Origin: an uncultured Eubacteriales bacterium
Lineage (GTDB): Bacteria > Acidobacteriota > Aminicenantia > Aminicenantales > Aminicenantaceae
Length of the DNA stretch: 64,000 nt
Reading direction: 5' to 3'
Assembly (NCBI GenBank): GCA_964410125.1
Contig: CAYPGQ010000012.1
Span: 69-64,068 of the forward strand
In this document: positions 53,127 through 62,106 of the stretch, one piece after another
How the letters are laid out: each line of letters begins with the position of its first letter
Numbering within the stretch: the first letter of the stretch is position 1
The notes under the pieces: generated by a model
Databases searched by the model: none
The model's input: only the letters and a program-made list of their open reading frames with translations
What the model was told of the DNA's origin: nothing
Translations under genes and position numbers: made by a program

Positions 53127-54122
53127 ATGATGAAAAAAATGATTACTCTCTTATTGATCGTCTTATTTCTTATGATTTTGTGTGCTAATCTCAAGGCCAT
53201 TGGTTTATCCGATCCTACAGAGGAAAATGCAGGTTATGCGCTTCTGGATACCGTCTTTTTCACTTTCAAGGAGCTGGCAGAGATGAAGGAAAGTGTTATG
53301 GAGAAAACCCGAAAAGCACTTGCAGCTATGATGCACGATGCCAATAATGCTAAAGCTCAGAATCAAATCGATGATGTTTTTTTCAAGAGATTTCATAGGA
53401 TTCTGGTAGTCCTGAATATTGTGATTACCCCAGTGGAGAAGGATAAAAGCAACATCATGGGCCCTTATTACTTCAGAGAGATCAATGAATTCATCGAAGA
53501 TATCGAGGGAGAGAAATACGATGTCCAAAAAGCAGGAGGGCATGAGGCTATTAACAAACTCTCTCAAGCTATCTCCCACGAAGTCATCGAGCTTCGGCTC
53601 TATCTGGACACGAAGGAAAAACGGGAAAAGTTGATCGAAGAGTACGAAAAACAGATGGGTCTGGAAAAAATGGATGATTCCGAAGCGACCGGTCAAGCAA
53701 AGCAATTAAATTCCTTGAGAAAAGTTACTTTTATCAACCAGGCTATGACAGACTACATGACGGATTCTGGAGTTCCGCCCAAGCAGTCAGGCACATACAC
53801 AAGAGGAAGCGAATTTAACGAGGCTCTGTCTCCGTTTTATATCAAGGTGCTTCCGATAAGCGACAGTTGGGAGGGCAATTATCGGATATACACAGGAAAA
53901 GCCTGCAACGGTGTCTATGATGGCATCGAAGGCTGTACGGATAAAGATATTGTTATCGTTTCATACGGACGGGATGGCAAAAAAGAAAACTGGAAGTACA
54001 ATTCCAAGAAGCCGGAGGCCGGTCTTTATGAGATAAAATCTGACAAAGATTATGATAAAGACCTTGTGATATGGAACGGCAACTGGATCAGAGCACCTCA
54101 AATCGCTAAAAAGTATAAATGA
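53127..54122 (+). CDS. Exported protein with helical N-terminal region and GspG-C-like (type II pseudopilin globular domain-like) C-terminus
   Basis: Signal peptide present. The C-terminal LPISDSWEGNYRIY...IVIVSYGRDGKKE...DKDLVIWNG resembles the PxDPWGxxY...SxGxDGxxG...D pattern of T2SS GspG. There is no prepilin N-terminus. Confidence 0.5.
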   Translation: MMKKMITLLLIVLFLMILCANLKAIGLSDPTEENAGYALLDTVFFTFKELAEMKESVMEKTRKALAAMMHDANNAKAQNQIDDVFFKRFHRILVVLNIVITPVEKDKSNIMGPYYFREINEFIEDIEGEKYDVQKAGGHEAINKLSQAISHEVIELRLYLDTKEKREKLIEEYEKQMGLEKMDDSEATGQAKQLNSLRKVTFINQAMTDYMTDSGVPPKQSGTYTRGSEFNEALSPFYIKVLPISDSWEGNYRIYTGKACNGVYDGIEGCTDKDIVIVSYGRDGKKENWKYNSKKPEAGLYEIKSDKDYDKDLVIWNGNWIRAPQIAKKYK

Positions 54123-54123
54123 C

Positions 54124-55338
54124 CTAAGCAAAAAATTCTCGGGGGACCGCCTTTAGGCGAATAATGTCCTTTACTTTCTGACGAACATCGAAGCCATTGG
54201 GACAGAAGACACTGCAAGAGCTGCAATCCGTGCATGGTAGATGGGATCCCAAATCTTCGATCGTGCTGTGGGCCAGGCTCAAATTTTTATAGCCATAGGC
54301 ATACATATAACTTCTCATCAGGGTAGGAACATCCACGTTTGAAGGGCACTGCTCCTCGCATGTACCGCACTGCTGGCAGTAAAGCCCGGCATGGATCTTC
54401 CCCTCATCCAGCCTCAGATCTGCTTTTTCTTCTGGCGTCAACGTCAGATCTTCCATCACAGTAAGGTCCAGCTCCATCTGGTCGAACGCAGTGAATCCCG
54501 GAATGGATGTGTGGACATTTTCATTCTGCAGGGCCCACTTGAGGGCAGCTTTCATGTTGATCGGTTCCTGGCGTTCCTTATCCCAATACGCACCGGCCTG
54601 TGTCTTCATGGCCACGATTCCGATCCCTGCTTTAGCTGCGCGGTCCATGGCCTCTCCGATTTCTTTCTTGTTTTTTTGCCTGAAGTTGTATGCTGAAAGA
54701 ACGACATCGTAAAAACCGCTCTCCACAGCGGCATCCAGCATTTCGTGCTCGTTGCGGTGGGTTGTGAATCCTTTGAACCGGATCTTGCCCTCTTTTTTCA
54801 TCTTTTCCAGAAATTTCAAGGCAGGCTCGAAAAAAACGGTTTCTTTCACCGAGATGCCGTGGATGTACAGGATGTCGACATAATCCAAGCCCAACCGTTT
54901 GAGGCTGATGTTGAATTCATCCTCGAAGGATTGAACGTTTTTATCCGGCGGGTAAAGGCCGGTCTTTCGATCCTTAGAGTATGCGACTTTTGTGGCCAGC
55001 ACATAAGAGTCCCGTTTGCGTTCCTTGATCACGCCTCCGATCATTTCCTCGTTTTTGCCGTTCTGGTAACCGTGGGCTGTATCCAACAGAACGATTCCTG
55101 CGTCTAATGCGGCTGCCACGAGGTTGGGATTGTCCGCGTTCATAACACCCATGTTAACGACAGGAAGTTTTATTCCGGTTTTGCCCAGTGTCCGGTATAT
55201 GAAGTTTTCTTTTTCTCCTAGAGGCCGCTTGGAATGTCTGAGACCAGCTTTGAGAAAAGCGTTTCCTGCAGCAGTCCCGGCCAGGCCGAGGATTCCGTTT
55301 TTGATAAAGCGGCGACGATTGAATTTCTTGTTTTCCAT
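54124..55338 (-). CDS. Tat-exported aldo/keto reductase fused to a 2x[4Fe-4S] ferredoxin-like C-terminus
   Basis: The track start is 55371. ATG 55338 follows AAAGGAGAA and gives MENKKFNRRRFIKNGILGLAGTAAG. After the AKR core come CQQCGTCEEQCP and CTDCSSCSVFCP. Confidence 0.8.
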   Translation of the reverse strand: MENKKFNRRRFIKNGILGLAGTAAGNAFLKAGLRHSKRPLGEKENFIYRTLGKTGIKLPVVNMGVMNADNPNLVAAALDAGIVLLDTAHGYQNGKNEEMIGGVIKERKRDSYVLATKVAYSKDRKTGLYPPDKNVQSFEDEFNISLKRLGLDYVDILYIHGISVKETVFFEPALKFLEKMKKEGKIRFKGFTTHRNEHEMLDAAVESGFYDVVLSAYNFRQKNKKEIGEAMDRAAKAGIGIVAMKTQAGAYWDKERQEPINMKAALKWALQNENVHTSIPGFTAFDQMELDLTVMEDLTLTPEEKADLRLDEGKIHAGLYCQQCGTCEEQCPSNVDVPTLMRSYMYAYGYKNLSLAHSTIEDLGSHLPCTDCSSCSVFCPNGFDVRQKVKDIIRLKAVPREFFA

Positions 55339-55466
55339 GTTTTCTCCTTTTTTATGTTTCCAACTATTCATTTGACTAATACTATCAATTGCGTATATTA
55401 TTTCTATAGTTTTTCAAGAAGTCAATGGTTGAGTCGGTTAACCGACAAAATATATGGGTGGCATTC

Positions 55467-56243
55467 ATGCGACGTCTCGTTTTAGCGGTATTGGCTTTAT
55501 TCCTCTTTCTGTTCATTTCTTGTTCAAAAAATTCTTCCGTGGTTTTGGAAGCAACCTCTCAGTCAGAACAATGGACTGTTTCCAAGACGGGTTTTGTCAT
55601 TCAAGTCGGGGCCTTCCGCAACTTGGACAATGCGGTCCGATTGACGCTTTCGCTGAACTCCAAAAACCTTGATGCTTATTATTTCAAGCATGAATCCGGC
55701 CTGTATAAGGTTCGGTTCGGAAACTACCTTTCCCGACGTCCCGCCGAGGAGAATGCTGAACGCATCAAACAGGCCGGTTTCATCCAGGAATATTTTGTTG
55801 TAAGCCCGGAAACATATGCGGTCAGCCAATCCCGACAATCCGGCCTTGAATCTATTCGAAATGAGATCGTCACCCGTGCGCACAGCTTTTTAGGCATACC
55901 TTACCGGTGGGGAGGTTATACACCGGATAAGGGCTTTGACTGCAGCGGCCTGACCATGGCTGTCTATGACCTTGTCGGATTGCATTTGCCCCGGACATCC
56001 CTGGCCCAGTTCAGATCCGGCACTCCCGTTTCAAAGAAAAACCTCGATATGGGTGACCTGGTTTTTTTCCTCGGCCAAAACAAGAATAGGATCTCTCATG
56101 TGGGGATCTACACCGGAGATGGGAATTTCATCCATGCTCCCGGAAAAAACAAGATCATCCGGGTTGAATCTCTTTCCAACCAATATTTTCGGGATCATTT
56201 TGCTGGAGCCCGGACATATCTTTCCCCGGAAAGCCAAGATTAG
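55467..56243 (+). CDS. Lipoprotein with SPOR domain and NlpC/P60 (C40) cell-wall peptidase domain
   Basis: The track start is 55425. ATG 55467 gives MRRLVLAVLALFLFLFISC (lipobox). A SPOR-like segment is FVIQVGAFRNLDNAVRL...YKVRFGNY. The NlpC/P60 motifs are FDCSGLTMAVY and ISHVGIY. Confidence 0.85.
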   Translation: MRRLVLAVLALFLFLFISCSKNSSVVLEATSQSEQWTVSKTGFVIQVGAFRNLDNAVRLTLSLNSKNLDAYYFKHESGLYKVRFGNYLSRRPAEENAERIKQAGFIQEYFVVSPETYAVSQSRQSGLESIRNEIVTRAHSFLGIPYRWGGYTPDKGFDCSGLTMAVYDLVGLHLPRTSLAQFRSGTPVSKKNLDMGDLVFFLGQNKNRISHVGIYTGDGNFIHAPGKNKIIRVESLSNQYFRDHFAGARTYLSPESQD

Positions 56244-56349
56244 CAGGCCCTCACCCACTATGTGTAGGCAAACTCCATTGGAATAAGGTATCAGGTATGT
56301 CCGCAGCGCCATTGAGGATCTAGCCTTCACGAATTGTTCTTCGAGGGAA

Positions 56350-56375
56350 ACAATATGGGGACGTCCCCATATTGT
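56350..56375. repeat. 26-nt perfect palindrome built around GGGGACGTCCCC
   Basis: ACAATATGGGGACGTCCCCATATTGT is its own reverse complement. It lies in the 433-nt gap upstream of the radical SAM gene. Confidence 0.9.
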
Positions 56376-56676
56376 CGGCGATGTTGTATTGAGCACGACT
56401 TTTCCTTGGGATCAGAGATCAGGCTAAGCACGGGAACAAAAAATAGAGTTGTAGGGGTAGGGGTAAATGTGCGCAGTTCAACGCCGCTGAGAAGGGCGAT
56501 AAGGGAATGGCGTTAAAGATCCTCACTAGAGCGGAGGACATAACTGATGCCTAGAGATGTGCTTTGGTTGTAAAACCCACACAAAAGGGATGAGAAACAG
56601 CAATATCCCTTTGCCGATCCTCAGAATATTGAATCCAAGATTGTCTGTATGATATAATTTAACGTAACGGATTTTA

Positions 56677-58170
56677 ATGAATATTCTATTGATGGGGATG
56701 CCTGATGTCAGCAACGGGTATCCCACCCAAATGCTCACGACTCCCAATCTCGGATTGTCTTCCATAGCCGCGAATTTAGATGAAAAACATCATGTGAGGA
56801 TTGCCGATCTCGTTTTGAGGAGGAAGGGTGTAAAGAGAGCGATACAGGAGGCTCTTGATATAACAAAGCCCGATCTTATTGGCTTGAGTGCTATGACCTT
56901 TCAGTATAAGACAGCTTTAAAGGTCGCTTCCTACATCAAAGGGCATTATCCTGGGATAAAAATCGCCTTGGGAGGATATCATGCCACGCTCATGTATGAG
57001 GAAATCGCAGAGAGCCCCGATGGAACCTTTTTCGATCTCCTGTTCCGGGGGGAAGGTGACCTGAGTTTTAACGAGGCCGTGAATGCCCTCGAAAATGGAA
57101 CGGATTTAAAAGAAGTCGATGGACTTTCTTTTAAAAGGAACGGCAAATTCATCCATAACATGCCGAGAGAACTGGAAGATTTCTCACAGATTAAGCTGCC
57201 AGACAGGAAGGCGCGACTGTGGAATGATTTTGGTGTTTTAAAGGTCCCATGGGACCTGATCGAATTTTCCCGTGGGTGTTTGATGTCCTGCAATTTCTGC
57301 AATATACAAAGTATGTATGGGAGAACTTTCAGAACACACAAAATGGAAAGAGTGATGATGGATATCGTGCAGGCAAAACAAGCGGGCACGAAAATCTTAT
57401 TATTCGTCGATGACAACATCACGACGGATGTCAAACTTTTCAAGGATCTTTGTGACGAAATCATTACGAATGGCCATAACGATCTGATTTATGGAGTGCA
57501 GGCCAGCTCGATAGGGATTGCATCTTCGGAAACTTTGGTGGAGAAAATGGCTAAGGCAGGATTCAAGTACGTATTTTTGGGCATTGAAAGTCCCTCCAAG
57601 AAAAATCTTGCCGAGTTGAACAAGGGCGATATCGTGGAAAAAAGCGTGAGGTCCGTCAAATATCTGCAAAAACATGGGATCGCAATCGCAGGAGGGTTTA
57701 TCATCGGTAATCCCGAAGATGATCTTGAAAAGATCGAAGACACCTTCAAATTTGCCAAGAGCTTGAGAACCGATTTCTCTGCGGTCCAGATCTTGGTCCC
57801 CTATCCCAAAACAAAGATAAGAGAGAGGTTGATGCAAATCGGGCTTGTGGTGAAACCTGATAACTATGAAATGTATGATGGAGGCCATTCGGTCATAAAA
57901 ACCAAATTTCTTGACGAAAATCAATTATTCCTGGCAAGATACAAGTTCGGGAATAAATATCTCAGTGTGCGCGCATTGAATGTTTTGAAAACTCTCCTGA
58001 AAAACAGGAAAAAATCATTGCCGTTTCTCGTAGGGTCGTTAAAGCTGCTCCCTCCGGCCATTAGCTCATTGATGTTTGGATGGATCAGAAGGCTGGTTTT
58101 TAGTGAAAAAAGGAGGTTCTATAGATACGTGCAGAGAGTGACAACCCTGAATAAATTCGATATTGAGTAA
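56677..58170 (+). CDS. B12-binding-domain radical SAM protein
   Basis: 497 aa. An N-terminal B12-binding-like region (LIGLSAMTFQY, IALGGYHAT) is followed by the radical SAM cluster CLMSCNFCNIQ. Confidence 0.8.
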   Translation: MNILLMGMPDVSNGYPTQMLTTPNLGLSSIAANLDEKHHVRIADLVLRRKGVKRAIQEALDITKPDLIGLSAMTFQYKTALKVASYIKGHYPGIKIALGGYHATLMYEEIAESPDGTFFDLLFRGEGDLSFNEAVNALENGTDLKEVDGLSFKRNGKFIHNMPRELEDFSQIKLPDRKARLWNDFGVLKVPWDLIEFSRGCLMSCNFCNIQSMYGRTFRTHKMERVMMDIVQAKQAGTKILLFVDDNITTDVKLFKDLCDEIITNGHNDLIYGVQASSIGIASSETLVEKMAKAGFKYVFLGIESPSKKNLAELNKGDIVEKSVRSVKYLQKHGIAIAGGFIIGNPEDDLEKIEDTFKFAKSLRTDFSAVQILVPYPKTKIRERLMQIGLVVKPDNYEMYDGGHSVIKTKFLDENQLFLARYKFGNKYLSVRALNVLKTLLKNRKKSLPFLVGSLKLLPPAISSLMFGWIRRLVFSEKRRFYRYVQRVTTLNKFDIE

Positions 58171-58237
58171 TGCCGAAACTCTTGTATATCCTTTCTTATA
58201 TAAAAACACAAAGTGAAGAATTTTCTGAAAACAATTG

Positions 58238-59719
58238 CTATCGAACTCGGGCGAGAAGCTGACCGATTTTTTGAGCAATAGGGCTGGCTCCATTGTCGTA
58301 GTTGGACATCACCGCGACGATATACCCTTTGTCGAGATAGATATTCAAATTCGAGTTTATCCCATCAAATCCTCCGCTGTGGCCAACGACCTTGCCGTTT
58401 GGTCCTTCCTCGACCGTAAATCCGTAGCCGTAATATTCTCCCGCATAGTCTTTCCACATCTTATTCAAGGATTCTTGCGACACGAGCTTTCCTGTCTGAG
58501 TGGCCCGAGCGAATCGGTGGAGGTCTTTGACTGTGGAGAATCCGCCTCCGGCCGGTCCTCCTTTGATGACATGTTTGTAGAGGTTGTTTTGCCAGCCGTA
58601 CAGGCTGTTTCGATCCCGGCTGTACCCGATAGCCAGGTTTTCGACCGGATAATCCATTTCGTAACTATCGGAATCCGTCATGCCAGATGGTTCGTAGATG
58701 TTTTTCTGGATGTAATCGAAATAACTGCCGCCAGTTACGCTCTCGATCACCACCCCTAAAAGCAGCATCCCGGTGTTGCTGTACTGAAAGCGTTTCCCTG
58801 GTTCGAAAGCCAGCTTTTCTCCGTTCACCAGGGACTTGAAATTACCGACATACCTGAAGAGTTCTCTTGATCCCTTCATGTATGTTTCATTGAAATAGCT
58901 CCCTAATCCTGAGGTGTGGGTGAGCAGGTGATGGATGGTTATTTTGGAGGTAATCTCCGCGGGAAGCCATGACTTGTCCACGTACTTACTAATCGGGTCG
59001 TCCAGCGAAAGACTCCCTTTTTCGACAAGCTGCATGATGGAAGTGGCTGTGAACATCTTGTTCATCGACCCCAGGTTGAATTTGGTGTCGATATTGTTCG
59101 GTACATGGAAGCGTTTACTGGCTTCGCCACCCACAGATGTCATAAGGATTTTATCTCCTTTGGCGATGAGGAGTGTCCCTGAGAAGACATTCTTTTTAAT
59201 CAATCCCTCCATCATGTCTTTGAGGTTTTGGAGGAATTGTTCTTCGTTTAGAGCAGGTTCCTGAACATTGGAGGGAATTCTGGCGATTGTAAAATTCAAT
59301 CCAGAGATAAGGGAGTCGTTTTTTTCGTCGAGCCTCATGACAAAAGCACGCCAACTGCCGAAGTTCCGGTCCTTTAGGATAACGACGGTCTCACCTTTAC
59401 GCTCAGGGACATAGGTGCGTATGCTGTGAAAATCCATCCCGCCTGTTTCCTGAAATAGGCCGAGAAAAACATCGATGTGCTGATCCATGGGTGCAAAATT
59501 GCGAAATCTTTCCGTGCAGTATTTTTCCAAAAATTCACGCAAGCGATCGGGATCGTTGGCGTTTACGACCGTGATAACGGCTTCGATCCGCTCTCCTTTT
59601 ATTCCCGCAGGCATGACCGATTCGTCGTGGAAGCTGACTTCGCCCGGCTGTTGAGCCACAGCCGCTTGGAAGGTGAGAAGCAAGAGCAAAAGAACATAGA
59701 TAAATTTGCGCATTTTCAT
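58238..59719 (-). CDS. Exported serine hydrolase of the beta-lactamase family
   Basis: Signal peptide LLLLLLTFQAAVAQQ. The motifs are SxxK (GSMNKMFT), YxN (FQYSNTGM) and HSGG. The start overlaps the upstream gene stop as ATGA. Confidence 0.8.
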   Translation of the reverse strand: MKMRKFIYVLLLLLLTFQAAVAQQPGEVSFHDESVMPAGIKGERIEAVITVVNANDPDRLREFLEKYCTERFRNFAPMDQHIDVFLGLFQETGGMDFHSIRTYVPERKGETVVILKDRNFGSWRAFVMRLDEKNDSLISGLNFTIARIPSNVQEPALNEEQFLQNLKDMMEGLIKKNVFSGTLLIAKGDKILMTSVGGEASKRFHVPNNIDTKFNLGSMNKMFTATSIMQLVEKGSLSLDDPISKYVDKSWLPAEITSKITIHHLLTHTSGLGSYFNETYMKGSRELFRYVGNFKSLVNGEKLAFEPGKRFQYSNTGMLLLGVVIESVTGGSYFDYIQKNIYEPSGMTDSDSYEMDYPVENLAIGYSRDRNSLYGWQNNLYKHVIKGGPAGGGFSTVKDLHRFARATQTGKLVSQESLNKMWKDYAGEYYGYGFTVEEGPNGKVVGHSGGFDGINSNLNIYLDKGYIVAVMSNYDNGASPIAQKIGQLLARVR

Positions 59720-60375
59720 GAAGTTCTCCTTATATTATTTGCTTTTTTCCCTCTAGACAGCAGGTTAATCAAATAAAAAATGACAGGCATAACCAGCAGG
59801 AATATCGTGATGAACGTGGTTTTGCCCCTGCCGATTCTATCGATGAACTTGTAAAGCTCGTCGAACCACAATGTCCAGGAAATAACACCCACCCACATGG
59901 ATGGAAGGACGACGAAAAGCGTGTCCCTATCGCTGTATCCTTCTAGATTAGCAATGAAGGATCCGATGACTGCTCCGGTCCAGGGCAGGGGGATCCAGAC
60001 AAAAAAGGCTATGCCGAGGCGGCTCCATTTTTTAAAAAAATGTTTTCTATTTTCCGCTTTCGTTCTCATGGACCCGATGAATTTCGCCACTAATTTAAAC
60101 CTTTTGATTCCCTTTGAGAGGGATACGAACAAGGAGTAGACCAGTAAGATGTATGTTGTGTTGTAGAGAATGATGATCGGAATAATCAGCGAGGGCTTAA
60201 ACCCGTTTTCCAAGCCGACCGTGATAAAGGGAAGCCTTCCCCCGATATGGGCGGCGGCGATCATCGAAAGGAACTTGGTGGCCGAGGTTTGATCAAGGAT
60301 TGCGGATAAGATAAACAGAACGATTTCGATTCCCAACATCACGATGCCGATGCGGAAAGGCCAAAATTTTATCAT
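59716..60375 (-). CDS. Polytopic membrane protein, unknown function
   Basis: 219 aa with about 5-6 hydrophobic segments. It is translationally coupled to the downstream serine hydrolase. Confidence 0.6.
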   Translation of the reverse strand: MIKFWPFRIGIVMLGIEIVLFILSAILDQTSATKFLSMIAAAHIGGRLPFITVGLENGFKPSLIIPIIILYNTTYILLVYSLFVSLSKGIKRFKLVAKFIGSMRTKAENRKHFFKKWSRLGIAFFVWIPLPWTGAVIGSFIANLEGYSDRDTLFVVLPSMWVGVISWTLWFDELYKFIDRIGRGKTTFITIFLLVMPVIFYLINLLSRGKKANNIRRTS

Positions 60376-60448
60376 GGATTATGTCTGATAGTTTACCCTA
60401 TATTTGTGGCCCCTTTCCAGGAATTCATCGAACCCAAAGGATAAGAAT

Positions 60449-60460
60449 AGGGGACGTCCC
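60449..60460. repeat. Mini-palindrome variant GGGGACGTCCCT
   Basis: It matches GGGGACGTCCCC in 11 of 12 positions, and the core GGGACGTCCC (60450-60459) is a perfect palindrome. The 12-mer's last base (60460) is the first base of the transporter gene's stop codon (60460-60462). Confidence 0.7.
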
Positions 60461-61956
60461 TAAAGTGTTATCAGAGCGATGATTGTATACATTACAGCTC
60501 CTAAAACAGCTGCCAAAGTCGCCAATGGCAGTTGGGTAAACACATGATCCATTAAGTCTGTACCCGTGGCCAGTGAAGAAAGGATCGTAGTATCTGAGAT
60601 GGGCGAACAATTGTCACCATAAACCGAGCCTCCCGTAACAGCGGCGAAACAGAGCAGGTTAAAGAACGGATCAGGATTGACCGAATACGCAAGGGGCATC
60701 GCGATGGGAAAAACCACCGCATAGGTACCCCAAGATGTCCCGATGGAAAAAGATATAAACATGGTCACGAATAAAAAGATAGCCGGTAATAAAAAAGGAA
60801 TGATCAATTTCCCGCTCGCCCGGATGATGAAATTCGCCGTTCCTAATGATCCAGATACGTTTCCCAAAGTGACTGCCAGACCCAAGATTATGGCTCCGAC
60901 AGTGACTCCTTTGCATCCATTGATAAAACCCTCGATGACAATCTTTAATCGCATGCCTTGATACATGGCTAAGATCATGGCCGATAACGTGGCCAATATA
61001 AACGCTTCGGATACATAGAGCTTACCAATGATCAGATAAGGCCCTATAGCGACGGCTAAGAGTACCCCGATAGGAACAAGAAATCCCAGAATGGATGGTT
61101 TGAATCCCTCCGGGATTTTGAGATCTGATAATTCCTTTGAAATAAGTGGTTGGGCCCCACTCCTGTTTAAGGCTCCGGTGGATTTTACCCGTTCCATAGC
61201 CTTTTTCATCCGTTTACCATACCAAGGCAACTTTTCCCAGCTCAGCAGCAACGTGAATAAGAGGGCGAACCATGCATAAAAATTAAAGGGGATCGCTTTG
61301 AAAATATATGCTTTGCTCACGTCCAAATCAGCAAAGATGGGTGATGTGCCAAAAACAAGTCCTCCAATATAAAGAGGCCATACATTGAATGGCAAAACCG
61401 TGGCTACAGGAGAAGCGGTGGAGTCGATGATGTAAGAGAGTTCCTCATGGCTGACCTTCTTCTCGTCACATACAGGCCGGACAGTGGAACCAGCTAGAAT
61501 CGTGCTGATGGTCCCTCCTTGGTGAAAAAGCACACCCATAAGGTAGGCAAAAAACTTGGCGGTACGTCGATCTTTGGCGATCTTGGCACCGGCCCATCGA
61601 GCAAAATATTGAGCACCTCCTGTCTTCCCCCAGATGCCGATAAGACCCCCCAAGCACCAAAGATAGACCAGCAAGATCTCGCCGTATTTTGCACTTCCAA
61701 TCGATGGAATCAGGAACTCCTGGACAATGTTATACTTCCCGCTGATAAATCCTCCCAGCAATATGCCGGCAAAAAGGGAAGGAATGACTTCACGTGTAGC
61801 AAAACAAAGTATGAGGGTGACCAGCGCGGGCAAGATGGACCAGAAGCCGAAATCTTTTAACGTTTCGTCGAAATTTATAAAATCGGTGTTTACTCTTAGA
61901 TAGAGGATGACAACGATCCCGATCAGAACAAAGAGCCATTTTAGGTATCGTTTCAT
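60460..61956 (-). CDS. NhaC-family Na+/H+ antiporter-like membrane transporter
   Basis: 498 aa with about 12 TM segments. The segment FSIGTSWGTYAVVFPI resembles the conserved NhaC-family SWGT motif. The assignment rests on memory only. Confidence 0.55.
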   Translation of the reverse strand: MKRYLKWLFVLIGIVVILYLRVNTDFINFDETLKDFGFWSILPALVTLILCFATREVIPSLFAGILLGGFISGKYNIVQEFLIPSIGSAKYGEILLVYLWCLGGLIGIWGKTGGAQYFARWAGAKIAKDRRTAKFFAYLMGVLFHQGGTISTILAGSTVRPVCDEKKVSHEELSYIIDSTASPVATVLPFNVWPLYIGGLVFGTSPIFADLDVSKAYIFKAIPFNFYAWFALLFTLLLSWEKLPWYGKRMKKAMERVKSTGALNRSGAQPLISKELSDLKIPEGFKPSILGFLVPIGVLLAVAIGPYLIIGKLYVSEAFILATLSAMILAMYQGMRLKIVIEGFINGCKGVTVGAIILGLAVTLGNVSGSLGTANFIIRASGKLIIPFLLPAIFLFVTMFISFSIGTSWGTYAVVFPIAMPLAYSVNPDPFFNLLCFAAVTGGSVYGDNCSPISDTTILSSLATGTDLMDHVFTQLPLATLAAVLGAVMYTIIALITL

Positions 61957-62106
61957 ATCATCCTAATTTTCCCTGTTCATTTTACTTCGAAGCATTAATC
62001 CTATGACAGTGATTTGGATTTGTCAATTTGTCTACGATTGTTGAAGTGCTTATTGTCACGAGCAGGCAGTTTGAGATTTTGCTGATATTGTGGTATTAAT
62101 CTCCCG

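Noticed and set aside
56334-56516. A 60-aa ORF in the radical SAM leader, considered as a possible RiPP precursor.
   Set aside because: It has no RBS, and it reads straight through the 26-nt palindrome, so its sequence is dictated by the repeat. No maturation or transport genes accompany it.
56480-56545. Possible cobalamin riboswitch upstream of the B12-radical SAM gene (AAGGGAATGGCGTTAAAGATCC vaguely resembles the GGGAA...GGTG.AA.TCC core).
   Set aside because: There is no B12-box (GCCACTG-like) and no matching downstream pairing elements. The resemblance is too short to support a call.
56557-56652. A 31-aa ORF (MCFGCKTHTKGMRNSNIPLPILRILNPRLSV) with a CxxC, upstream of the radical SAM gene.
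   Set aside because: The nearest GGAGG is about 20 nt upstream, which is too far. There is no leader or core organisation, and I cannot assess conservation. It is kept only as a note for a conservation check.
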